A model generated the notes under the pieces. That model was not told the DNA's origin. It saw only the letters and a program-made list of their open reading frames with translations, and searched no databases. A program made the translations under genes and the position numbers. A DNA stretch of 61,616 nucleotides, the filler included, from Choristocarpus tenellus KU-1152 (taxonomy: Eukaryota > Protista > Phaeophyceae): NCBI GenBank assembly GCA_964200185.2. It is 11 parts of 11 records of this genome, joined end to end, with 100 filler letters (N's around TTAATTAATTAA, not from the genome) between each part and the next. Parts side by side here need not be neighbours in the genome. Positions count along the whole stretch, not along the records: positions 7,808 to 15,330 come from CAXNAD020006023.1; positions 15,431 to 27,638 come from CAXNAD020001924.1; 9 more parts are not named here. One strand, given 5' to 3'. Positions 13,139-25,258 of the stretch are shown piece by piece. Every line of letters starts with the position of its first letter. Position 1 is the first letter of the stretch.

Positions 13139-15330
13139 GCGTGTGCGTGTGTGTGTGTGTCCTCCTCCACACCAACCTAAAGCTGATTTCATGGCCCCTG
13201 AGATGGTGACGGGCGACCACAAACAGGGTACAGCAATGGACTGGTGGGCTCTTGGGGTGATGTTGTATGAGCTGATGCTGGGCACACTGCCCTTCAGTCG
13301 TCTTGTTGGGGACGAGGCAACGTTTGCCAGTATTGTGAACTCAAAGTTGACCTTTCCGAGCGGCCATCCACTGAGCCCGGATGTGCTTGACTTCATCAAG
13401 CAGCTCCTGCACAAGGTGTAGCTAGGTCTTTCTCCATTTTTTTTTTTTTCTGGGAGGTATTTGTTTAGTCGCTGAGGTGGTGGGGGAGAAGGCAATTGTT
13501 GGTTTCAGAACTAGCTCTACTGAGCTGTGGGCTGTGTTGGTGTGTGGGGTGCCTTTTTCGAATCCCTACTGTGACTGGTCATGGGATTAGATGCAGTCCA
13601 ACCTGACCTATGAAACACAGATCACCTTGATGTGGTGTGTTCAAAAGAATTTCTCGTTGTTTGTGTCGTGTGCAACTGTGAACAAACATGCACGTCTTAC
13701 ATGAACAAGTGTGTGGAAACAACGTAACCTGTGCTGTCAAGATTCATTGCTGCTGCTGCTGCTGCTGCTGCTACAGAAACCTTGGTGCTAGAAATGTCAC
13801 CTTTCATCACATTGAAGTATTAAGAAGTTTCGATTTGTTAACTGACATCTGCAACCGATTGCCGCATCTGGTCTTCAAGCATTCAAGGACGCCAGAAACT
13901 TTCGTGCAAAACTCGCCTCTTTTTTTTTTCATCAGTGTAGAGGATATTTTCTGAATTGTGTGGCGAAACTTTCAAAAATTATAGAGAAATCAATCCCCTC
14001 AAGTCAAAATTAGGCACTTAATCCTTAAGGATTCCAGCTCACATCTTCCGACCCCTCCTCGCTTATACCCTCCTCTGTTCTTGCTGGTTCGTAGGATCCC
14101 TCTCAGCGCCTGGGTGAGCGTAACGGGGTTGGCGAGATCCGCAGACACCCTTTCTTCTCAAACGTACACTGGGCACTCATTGCAAATCAGAAGCCGCCCT
14201 TTGTGGTTGTTGGTCCTGACACCCCCGGGTGGGATGCCTTGGCCGACCCTTTGATTGGCGGGAGAATGAAAGAGTCTAATCGAGTTGCAACGTGGACATG
14301 GAAGGTGAATAGCGCAACGTTAGCTGCAACAGATGAATCTCCTCTTGGAGATAATTTTTGTTGCTAACTGCATTGTACCCACACGGTTTTCTGCCATTGC
14401 TGAGACCTGGTTGTCAAGCGGCTGTGATATGTGCACCTTACACCCCCAACTCTATCGTTCGATATGCTTCTTTGCTGTGAGCAGGCTACCTCGGACGCTG
14501 AGCGCCGTGGACTCATTAACTCATCAAACAAGGGTGCCTCGAACATCGCCTCTGGATCAGCCTCTGCTTTTGCCTCAAACTCCAAGGAAGAGTCGGTCTT
14601 ACACTCTGCCAATGCACCTCTTGGGGGAGATGAGGAGGTAGATGCTTGGCAACAAGTCCCGCTAGATTCCCTTTCACAACGCGCCTTTGTCAAGGACCGG
14701 TGGAGAGGAACTGGTAGGTCTGAGATGGAGGGACTGGGAGAGGTGGCTTCTGCCCCAGAAGAGCAGTCTGCTGCGGTGCTGGGGCTGCTGGGAGTAGAAT
14801 TGCAAATAGAAAAAGCTTTAGGTGAAGGTGTAACTGCCGTTGCCGCGTCGGGTTGTGAACGTGAAGAAGGGAGTTTGAGTGGGGGGGGAGATGGGAAAGG
14901 GGTTGAGAATGCCGTGGCGGAGGGTTCATCGAAGGGAAGGTCCCCACGGGGGGATGTGACTGTGTCCAGCGCGTCAAGTTTTAGTGGGTACGACTTCAAC
15001 AATGTGCAGAAGCGACGGACTGCTGGTGCTGACATAACAGGCGGTATTAAAGGTAGTGGAGGACGGGAAGGTATTTCTGCAGGCGGGGGAGGCAGGACTA
15101 TGGTCATGGAAGGCATAGGTTGTGACCCAGGAACTGCTGATGGCAGTTACAGTGGCGATGGAGGTGGCAGTGGAGATAGAGGAGGAGGTAGTGCTACAAA
15201 CTCGCTTGCTAATATCATGGCACTTGGATTCGATAATGTTAAAACTATTGGTGTGCGCTTCGGGGGGGGCAGAAGGAGGAGGGACACAGAGGAGGGATAT
15301 GCTTGTGTCCAAGGTGGGAGGGGGGGGGGG
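7895..15330 (+). CDS. AGC-group Ser/Thr protein kinase (partial at both ends) with large activation-segment insertion
   Basis: Exons: 7895-7996 (EARFYATEIIAALEWIHLHGFVYR), 8501-8534 (DLKPENVLIHE), 9471-9517 (SGHIRLGDFGTAERG), 9773-10468 (acidic/Gly-rich insert), 11596-11615 (NTFIGT), 13183-13415 (ADFMAPE...DWWALGVMLYELMLGTLPF), 14095-14303 (DPSQRLG...IRRHPFF...W...KPPF), probably 14485-15330 (low-complexity tail). All junctions are phase-consistent. Confidence 0.9.
12372..12552. mobile_element. MITE family A copy (in kinase intron)
   Basis: CAGAGTATCTGGGGG ... CCCCCCAGATACTTTG with the family internal sequence, in opposite orientation to 1063-1240. Confidence 0.85.
13098..13160. repeat. (GT)n microsatellite
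   Basis: Direct reading; similar tracts at 25225-25257, 33785-33817 and 57725-57757. Confidence 0.95.
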
Positions 15331-15430
15331 NNNNNNNNNNNNNNNNNNNNNNNNNNNNNNNNNNNNNNNNNNNNTTAATTAATTAANNNNNNNNNNNNNN
15401 NNNNNNNNNNNNNNNNNNNNNNNNNNNNNN
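15331..15430. other. Artificial contig linker
   Basis: N44-TTAATTAATTAA-N44. Confidence 0.98.
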
Positions 15431-15436
15431 TGTGGT

Positions 15437-15481
<45 letters not shown>

Positions 15482-15628
15482 GCTTACACCAGGGTGTCCA
15501 TTCAGGCCCTGATCAGGAGAATCGCACTTACATTATCCATCGGATCCATGTAATCAAATCACCCAAAAATCGCGACATGGGAAAATGGACCCCGAATGAA
15601 CAGCCCCCCCCCCAAGATACTTTGAGCC
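15437..15628. mobile_element. MITE family A copy, left end lost in a poly-G run at the contig edge
   Basis: TACACCAGGGTGTCCATT...CCCCCAAGATACTTTGAGCC matches family A. Confidence 0.8.
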
Positions 15629-17323
15629 TATGTTTTTTTGGCCGGATAAAATGTGCCTCGCCTTGATCATCTTGTAGTGGTTGAACGTACACTGGTTGAA
15701 GGTTTGGGCTAGGGGTATGAGCGGATTTGGTGACTGGAAACTCAATTTATGTTTTAAATGTTGTGAGGAACGAAACTGGCAGGATTTGGGGAGTATTCAA
15801 TTTATGGGAGGGAATTTTATGTCATCCCCTTGATCCCAATCCTGTACACTGACAAAAATTGCGATGAAGAAGTACACCTATCTGAATTATGCAAATTATT
15901 GTGGATAAACATATTTGGCCCCACAATATCGATATGCAAAGGAGAAAATATCTACATCGGGGACATGGAGTCCTAGACTGAGTCTCCCAATGTGTTTTGA
16001 ATTTTCATTGTTGGGCAATAAGATCAACAAAGATCGGCTCCAAGCAAGCGGAGTCAAGAGGTCACCAGAAACAGTTATCTTTCTATTTTGTTCAGTGGGA
16101 ATTAAACCACCATTTTTTCTTTGGTTGTGATGCTAGTTCCAAAAGATTGTTCAACATCCTAGGCTCAATGGTTTAAGGCTGAAACCCCACACATTGTCTG
16201 TCCACGTTAGAGCTGCTTCTTCTTGAGTCATCCGAGCATATATTAGAGTAATAACAGTACTAACAGTGATATCAGGATTGGGAGGGTAGCGGACATTTTG
16301 TGTACAGCAACACGTGCGACAATGGTATGGCCTATATATATAGTATTGAGCCAATGGTATGCAATTGCTCTGCAACATCCCCAACCCCTCAAATCTCATT
16401 ATTACTAAGGATATGGCCAATATACATTTCTTTTTGATACTGAAATGTTTACCTTAGCGTTCCTAAATCCACAATAGACAGTTGACCATCTTTATTTTTT
16501 TTCTTTTACTGCAAGACATCACAGTATACATTATTCTCCTGACGTGATCAGAAGTCGAATAAAAATATCAACCACCATATCCCAGCCACCTTGTGCTAGT
16601 ATCCGCACCAGCCGGTACTTGGTCATCTTGATTTAAATGTACGTACAAAAGCAGTTATGAATGCTCATTAGGAGAAGTCTGCGCTGCAAGCAAGGCCCAG
16701 GTCATGAAGATATCTCGCTGCATATAGTGGATTAGCAGAAAATGTAAACCATGTTAACAGATAGTAATAGTTGCCGATTCTCTCCTAGCACAAACAACAG
16801 GGACTGATGAGGTGGTCTTGCCCAATAGGAGAGGTTACTTGTGGTGTATTAGTGTATACCCCATACTCATTTCAGTTGCTACTTGGGGTATTTTGAGCTC
16901 ATCACGTCTTGCCGGCATTGGAGCAGCTCTGTCCAATATAGGTTACACAGATCACGTAGCACAAAGCTGGGGAATAGGGAGGGCGAGGCAAGGGTAGTAG
17001 CATTTGAGAAATAAAATATGCCCAGATCCAATGAGTTACATGTAGGGATGTTTTTGCTGCATTGTTGTGTATGAGGGAGGCCCAAGATCTAGAATATTAA
17101 GTTTCCCAGTGTTTCTGACCTTCTCATGAATCAATACTCGTGATCATTCCATAATACGCTTTCAAAAACATGGGTTGAAGAGGTCAGCTCAATACTGCCA
17201 GCCTATCAGTAATCTCGAGTGAGGAACCGATGATTTTAATTGTATCTCAATGATATTATATTGGGGTGGTAGTCAATTCAACCTTCAGCTTTGGAAAATG
17301 AGCACATCCAAAATCATTCTCAC

Positions 17324-19694
17324 CAACCCCTGATTGTTCCTGACGGAAGGATCTGCCCCCTTGGATATGAGGTATCGCCCAAGGGTGGCCCCGTAACCTG
17401 CAATGTAAAGTCTCGTTAGCTGCTTGGGATTAGAAGTTGATCTCTTTCATATTCAAGTCAATGTGTGATACTCAGGAAAAGTGAGGACGAGGTTTAGTCC
17501 ATTCTATCATACATAGAACATGGCGCACTAATGAGAAAGCACTCAGCTACGCAGTTCTCATCGTTTTGGCAAAAATAGTTTTGGAAAGAGTTTTGGTTCA
17601 GGCACGCTGGCTTGGGGTCAACAAGGGACAGCATGAAGCACACCTGACAGTCAGAATAGAAGTCCCACAATTGATGAGTTCCAAACTTGATCATAATTTA
17701 CTGTGGCAGTGGTTTATTCCATCATACACGGTTGCAAATTCGTGTATGGATGACTTGAAACTCTCAAGGTTTGGGTAGTAGCAGGCCCAACTGATCAGCA
17801 CATATATGGTAGCTATATTATGAACAAAAAATAGATGATACATCTGGTAGAGGATGTGGAAGGGGCTTGAATTCTAGCGTGTGGTAATTGGGGTAGAACG
17901 TACTCTGTACATGCTTCCACTCCTCACCAAACATGTAGCAGAAGTGTAAGGCAGTGTTGCCCAGGTTATTAGAGGCGTTGATGTTAGCCCCTTTCCGTAG
18001 GGCAGCCTTGAGCACACGTTTATGACCATTCTGACAGGCAACGATTGCTATTGTATTGCCATGCATGTCCCGCACATTTGCTGGTACTCCACTGAAAATA
18101 GGAGGTAATGGTGTTGCACTTAACGGAAATATTTCGACCACATACCACATAATCTAACTCAACTACCTACATCAGTAGACTTTGGCACATTTCAATACTT
18201 TGCGACCTACAAATGAAGTCTTCCTGGTGAGGAATATCTACATCAAGAGTGTTGGGCATGATCAAATGTGAGGAACGTATCATTCTTCAACCGAAAAATT
18301 AAATCGATTCTAAAACATACAAAAGCCCTAATCGATTCTACTCAGAGCAGAGAGGCAGCCCTTGGCAATAGGTCATGAATATAATAATAGTGCTTCCTCA
18401 ATTTCATTTCGAGGGTCACACCCACAGAAGGAGTTGACATCTTTACTTACTAGTCCATCAACCTTTCCACATCTGCGACGCGGTTATGCCTTGCATAGCT
18501 GAAAATATCCTCAACTTCTCTCTGTGAGAAAGCGAATTCTTCCGGATAATCTGCCGACTAAGGTTAGTCATATCCAGAGTTTTGAGCGGTGCAGTAAGTA
18601 AGAGCTAAGACTCAGAGTATTTTTTGGGGGGGTGGCAGCTGTCCTTTCGAGGCCCATTTTTTCATGTCGCAATTTTGGGTGACTTGGTTGGATGTGTCGG
18701 ATGGATGATGTAGGTTCACTTCTCCTGGTCAAGGCCCAAATGTACACCCTGGTGTAGACCAACCCCCACCCCCAGATACTTTGGCCCTAAATTGACTGAA
18801 TACTCCGTGCTCTAAAGTGGGAGCTTGGTTGGGAGGTCTCATGCTCATGTCTTCAATCACTCAGATAGTCCTCCAAACAGGACGAGCCTAAGAGAGCGAC
18901 TCCCAAGCCTTTATGATAGAGATTGAAAATATATACTTCGATATATAGAATTTACAATAATACTTCGTGTTTGCCTTATCTATAGAAAACTCACGAAACA
19001 CGTGATCTGAAGACTAAATATTGATTCAGATGGGATTCGTAAGCACAAATTTGGTCCAGGTTTCTAATATCGGCCCATGACTCGCATTCACTATTCTTAT
19101 GTCCTTACTAACGAATTGTCCACTGAAACAGTAAGCTATTCCTTAGCTCATAATCTCGTCTATATTGAACTATCGGAATCGAGAAAAGGTGATTGATGGG
19201 GGGCTCAGTCTTTGTCAAGGTCAAAGCATATCTCATCAGTGGGATACAGCAATAGCAAGCAGGATTTTTAGGTAGGTTCGCCAAAAATATCTATCTTACC
19301 CTTGCCGAGTCCGCAACGCGAGCGGTGTGCCAATCCTCCTTTTCTACCCCGCTACCTGCACGGTGCTTTCTGGGTGTGACCGTAAGTCGAGCCGTGTGCC
19401 AATCCTCCGTTGGAGTGAGAGTATACCTTCTTTGCACTGGGCTACGAACGGGGGACCTTGGAGTGAAAAAGCGGTCGTCGATATATTCCCCCTTTTCAAG
19501 GCAAGAAGGGGTGGATTGGACACCCGACATAGGCTTCCAGATTAGTTTCCTAGATATCAGGCTAGTAGTTGGACAGCTGTTAGAGTCATTGGCAACTAGA
19601 TTTCTGCTCTGGATGAATTCTGTATGATGTTGTAACTGTTGAAACTGCGACGTACCCTTTCCCGAACAGGCACCAAAAGTCTCCTCTTTCAAAC
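17324..19694 (-). CDS. Ankyrin-repeat protein with low-complexity N-terminal region (ends uncertain)
   Basis: Exons ~19300-19694, 18451-18557 (SADYPEE...IFSYARHNRVADVERLMD), 17928-18091 (GVPANVRDMHGNTIAIVACQNGHKRVLKAALRKGANINASNNLGNTALHFCYMF) and 17324-17397 (GYGATLGRYLISKGADPSVRNNQGL); phase-consistent; GNTALH ankyrin motif. Confidence 0.85.
18609..18787. mobile_element. MITE family A, complete copy
   Basis: GACTCAGAGTAT...CCCAGATACTTTGGCCC flanked by TAA (18606-18608 and 18788-18790). Confidence 0.85.
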
Positions 19695-20787
19695 CTATTC
19701 TGCCGGAATGTTTGCAAGTGTACTGACCCTGCTCACTTAGAGGTTAAGCAGTGCATCAGCATGTACCAGGGTGCGCACGGTTCCACAAATCATCTTGATT
19801 CATCTCATCAACAGCATATGTTGTCGGCGTTAGGTAGATCGACTGTCCCTGAGAGTGTGAGGGTCAACGATGATGTTGTGTGAGTAGCGCTTCCATTCTA
19901 CATCTTGATGGTGTATTTGAGGGGAGAGTCCATGCAGACAGCATGATTTTCAGTTATTTGCGGACTATACTTTGAACATGGTCGTCTCCCTACATCTATT
20001 CTGAAGAAAGAAGTGATCCAGAATACTTCGGGAGAATTCATTCAAGTAATCATTATCTCCAAACATGTAGTTCCTTGATAGTCATCTCATAATTCCTCCG
20101 ATGAACCACCAAGAGATATCCTGGAGCCAACAGGAAATGCTGCAATCTGACTAACTGGCCCACCTTCACTACAGGACTGGTTCTCGGCAATTGGCAATGC
20201 ACTACGAGCTTGACAATCTGAGGATGCAAAATCTCGCCCTATCTGACGAAGTAATGCATATGAGGGAACTCCTTCAGAATGCAGCACTTTCAGAGGCTAG
20301 CAAGGTATCAAATAGCCTCCGAGGTAGAGCTGAAGTGCTAGAAGAGTGCTTTGGGGTGGGAGGGTGAACAAGACCTTACACGTTAGATAGTTATTTACGA
20401 ACAACCTGGCCCTGGTGAAGGTAAGATTGAGGCCACTGAGAGTTAGAGGGTGATTACGCACATCATACTACAAGTAGGTAGAAAAGAGGAAATACGAAGT
20501 ATTCTCAGAGTGTTTGAAGTAGCAGCACCGAAAAAGTTGGATCTGCATCCTGATACGATAGTTTCCTACCCTCTTGGATTCAAGGTGAAGAAGAAGAGAA
20601 ACGTCCTGAGTCCAGCAGCGAACAATGTGGAGGAGAGAGGGAGGGTGTTTCGGACGCCCATTGGGTAAGTGAGGCAGCACTAAAATCGGCCGGGTTTGAA
20701 ACTGTGTAAATGAGTTAGTGCTTCCACGTGAGCTTTGTCCCTCGTGTCTTTCTCCTAAGCTATTTCTTGAATTTTTCTCGATTTCAG

Positions 20788-23700
20788 GACAAAGACAAAC
20801 TAAGCATTCATGATGCCTTCAACCTCTTTGCTGTTTCACACCAACGAGAAAGACGAACTGCTTCAATGGCGACAAACATTGCGCTGGAGAAATTGCACAG
20901 ACCCCAAGACTTTGAGGCAATTCGAATGGTAATGGCCTTGCAGAGTCCGCTGTCCTCAGCAGAGTACCTTGGAAGTCAGAGGTGCGTGTATTGAAGTTCC
21001 TGAGTTTGTTCAGATCACCAAATGCCCTGATGCACAGAAGAATGTAGATGAAGCTGTTTGCTCAACTGTGGATGAGGCCTTGTGGTTGAAGCTGATAAGC
21101 ATATACTTTATTGAGGGAAGACAACCTTAGTATTGTGTGGGTGGATGGAGTGTGGGGCTTAGTTGTGCCATTAAATTGGCATGATCTATTGGCTATGTAT
21201 GAGTACTGTTGCGAACAGTTAGCAGTATTCACAAGAAAGATATAACCACCTCCAGAAACCTCTTCAATATTTCCAAGATGTTGGCACCCAGGTGCCACTT
21301 TCTCCATCTAATTTGCCGTGTCCTCCCTTAACCTAGCTTTGCAGGGGACATAGTGGGTCTGTGCAGGCGTGTGCGAGAGATATTTATATCTGAACCCCGG
21401 TGCCTCTTCATGCAGTCCCCTGTGTATGTGTTTGGTGATATTCATGGCAATCTCGAGGTATGACTGAGGCTTGAGCCCTTGAAGGGGGGGGGTGAGGAGG
21501 TAGCTTTGATCTCTTAGATACATTTTGACTCACTCTGCGGCTACCGTACAGAAACGTGTTACATGTGAGCGTACATGGACAAGTGCCTCTGTCTGCTTTG
21601 ATGTACTTGGGGAATATTTTCTTTGACCTTGCCTCATAAGTGCTTGCCCCCTCTGCAAAATCAATTATGTACGTCTTTCACGGTCGAGGAAGTGATTGTG
21701 ATGCGGCAAGCCCAAAAGAAAACAAATTAATCCCACTAGTCTTCATATTTAGAACGCCCCCAGAGTACACAAAAACAGGAATAGATTAAGGACGGATGGG
21801 TGGGCGGAAAGGGTATGACAGCAGAGAGGGCGTTAGTGACAGAGATGGGCTGTGGCAATCGAGGCATTCTTCTAACCTGTCCAAGGCCTGCTGACAGGAT
21901 ACCACACCTTCAAGGCTCTTGCAAACATCATTGAGTCATGGTCCGTGGAATTTTTACCTGAAGAGTCCTCTTCTGTAACTCTATATGGTGTACGCTACAA
22001 AACATGAACCACACATGCAAGAATATATACTCGGTTTCCTTTTTTGCTCTCATCATATTCTACTATACTTCCCAACCCATTGTGCTCTCTCGTGCTCCCT
22101 CTAGGACCTTCGCTTTTTCTCGGATAACGTGTGGACCATGGGGATAAATTTGACCGCGGGAAGGTTTTTATTTCTTGGGGACTACGTTGACCGAGGGATG
22201 CACAGCGTTGAGGTTAGCAGCTACCTATCTAGACTTTGAACAGGGTTAGAGTTTGCAAAATGGATAAGTTCATTAGATTTGAATAGGGTTAGGGTTTGAA
22301 CAGTGGATGAGGCTTGCCGTTTCGTCATTTTGCTAGAGATTTGTGGGAATTCGCGTCAATAGATTTTTGGTCTAACTTTGGGCAGAGAGTCGTGACAATA
22401 CTGTATTGGATCAACCCAACGCATGAGGTGGATGTCTCATTTCCTTCATGCCATGCACATGTAGGGTTGCTACTAGTACTGAGTTTCAGATCTTGCTACG
22501 AACAAGTCTATGCTTTCCTCAATATTTGTTGTTTCCACAAGTGTAGGGTGCTCGATTTTCTCAAGACAGAGACGTAAAACTCATAATAAATCACTATCCT
22601 TTTGTCAGGCACAATGCCCAATATGAATCCACCAGCTGATATCTACCAAGCAAGTATTATATGCAATTTCATACAGAATAATGGTCCATGGTCTGTATGT
22701 ATCCCTCTCCCTCTCATCGATTCAACAGAATGGTAACACTACTGCATCGAATATTGTAGAATGTATCGAGCCCGTGTACGTAAAAACAAATGTGGTATGT
22801 AGTACATTAGGAAAAATAACATTGTGCACCAAGAAAGAACGGTTGGTCTCTCACTTCTTGCTGTATGAAATGATCACTTGGTGCAATCATACGTCCAGCT
22901 TAACCTGCAGCTTCCATTTCAAGCAAGACACTTGTGCAGTCAATATGCTCCTTAACACGTATGACACTCCCTCCCTCCCACATATATAAGGCTCACTGAT
23001 GCCAAAATATTTCTCCATAAAACCAAGCAATATGGTTATGTGCACAGATATTTTTTTTTCCCGTTGAAGAATTGAGGACATGGTGTACGTCCTTCCTGAA
23101 GCCCAAAGCAGCTCAACAATCCCCCAAACTAAAGCATTCCTGTCACAGCACTGAAAAATAACTATAATATAAAAGCTGAGGTTAGAAGACATTGTTGTAC
23201 CATGACCAACATTTGCCCCCATATTATATAACCTACACATCACACTGGTCCAATGTGGGGGCGTATCTCCCTTATCTGCAAAATCACTGATCCCTCCTCT
23301 GCTGTCAACACTTGATTGAACCCCTGCTTTAGCACCAACCTAAAAGCACACACATTATCAAACTGTGATTACACTCAAGCACAACATAGAACACCCAACA
23401 ATCAACCAACATGTCTTTTAGGTGGTGGCCTATATGTTTGCTCTGAAGCTCCTCGCCCCAGACAAGGTGTTCCTGCTTCGAGGGTGAGACAAGAGATATT
23501 CGAGAAGACAATTATTTTTTTGTAGACTAGTTTACGCACATCTCTATGTTTACATCTCGACATAATCAGTGTCAGTGTTAGTATCAGTATCAAGTCAACC
23601 TTCTCAACCTACCTCCTACCGCTTCTCTACGTTAAAATTACAACATCGAGAGGCAATGATGGGCTCAAGGCTGCTTTTGCCGCCATATTGTTCAGAGATT

Positions 23701-25222
23701 TTCATTTCTGGAAGTAGAAGGAGCACTCCTCAGTCCTATCTTACCTTCCCATCCTCGCCGCCATTGTTCTTGTCCTGTAGGAACCATGAGCTGCGGGATG
23801 TGAACGGCTGGGAGGATCACTACAGGGAAAAATGTTTCCTAACTCAAAGCAAGACTAGGTACGATTCGCTCTGTCAACTAGGGGGGGTGGGTAAAATGAC
23901 AGATCCCTTGTCAGGGTTGTGAAGCAGTACCAAAATAGAATAACAACATGGGTATCAGCACTAATGTTAGTGACATCAGATGGCAACCTAGCAAGTCCCT
24001 ATCATCATCTATTGTAGAAATGGAGCAGAAATGTAGGAATAGTTAAAAGTCTTGATAATATATATATATATATGTTCGTTGTTGAAAATGAATCGTTGAT
24101 GCAATGACACAATTGTGCAGCTACAAGAACAGTTCCTATCTAGTCCCTATCATCATCTATTGTAGAAATGGAGCAGAAATGTAGGAATAGTTAAAAGTCT
24201 TGATAATATATATATATATATATGTTCGTTGTTGAAAATGAATCGTTGATGCAATGACACAATTGTGCAGCTACAAGAACAGTTCCTATCTAAGTCGTTT
24301 TTTGCTGCTTTTGCTTACGGAATATTGATAAAAAAAAGCCTTGACTGAAATCTTAAATTGATCAAACCTTGGGTTCACTACAGTGATGCCTTGTATTGTC
24401 ATCCCCCGTTTATATCATGTTTCCATATTTTTCGATTAAAAGATTGTACCCTTTCTGCTGCCTCAACGTTTTTCTTTGAAGGTTGTGGACGAGTCTTTTA
24501 GCCTCAATTGAACCTTATGGGTGGTGGCAGATAATTAAAAAAATCTCTCGAGTGTTTTCCTGCATGCTGATAATAGGCTTTTGGAGTGTGGGATAAAGCG
24601 AAAATGGTATCAAGTCAATAAACCTCTGTCTATTAAGAGCATGAATATATACTGTTCTGCAATGTTGTGTGCTACTTTTAAGCGGGTAATATGTGGTATT
24701 TGTTTAAACTATATGCTAATTTTTCTAGTACCATCGCATTGTTCTGTTGAATTGATGAACGGGTGAAAGTGACATACAAACCTCCAAAGTATGGTTCGAT
24801 TGCAGTTGGTCGATCTTGACTTTGACTTGCAACATTGATTTTTTTTTAGTTTCTTCCCACAACTGAACCAGAGAGTATGCAGGTACAATAGTGCGTCACA
24901 TGCTGTTGCACAATATCCCATATTATACGTAGACTGGCAATGTCCTGTATTTCTACCTGAACCCTAAACATCGTTGTTCTTCCCTACTAATCATCTAAGA
25001 CACTCTTTGTCTGAAGCTCTTTTTGTACCACATTTTATATCTCTTAACATTTCAGATTTGGCAATGCGCTTGGGGTGAGGATATGGGAGGAGGTGAATCA
25101 GGTATTTGATTGCCTTCCCCTCTCTGCCGTAATTGACAATGACATCTTCTGTGTCCATGGCGGGATACCTCGTCCATCTGAGGGTGAGCAATTAAGCTTA
25201 GAATTCTCTCGATGTGTATGTC

Positions 25223-25258
<36 letters not shown>

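Noticed and set aside
12869-15116. Long minus-strand ORFs (208 aa and 250 aa)
   Set aside because: Antisense shadows of kinase exons and a (GT)n microsatellite.
23994-24292. Functional duplicated regulatory module
   Set aside because: Near-identical copies differing in (TA)n length inside an intron; more likely an allelic or assembly artefact, or a neutral recent duplication.
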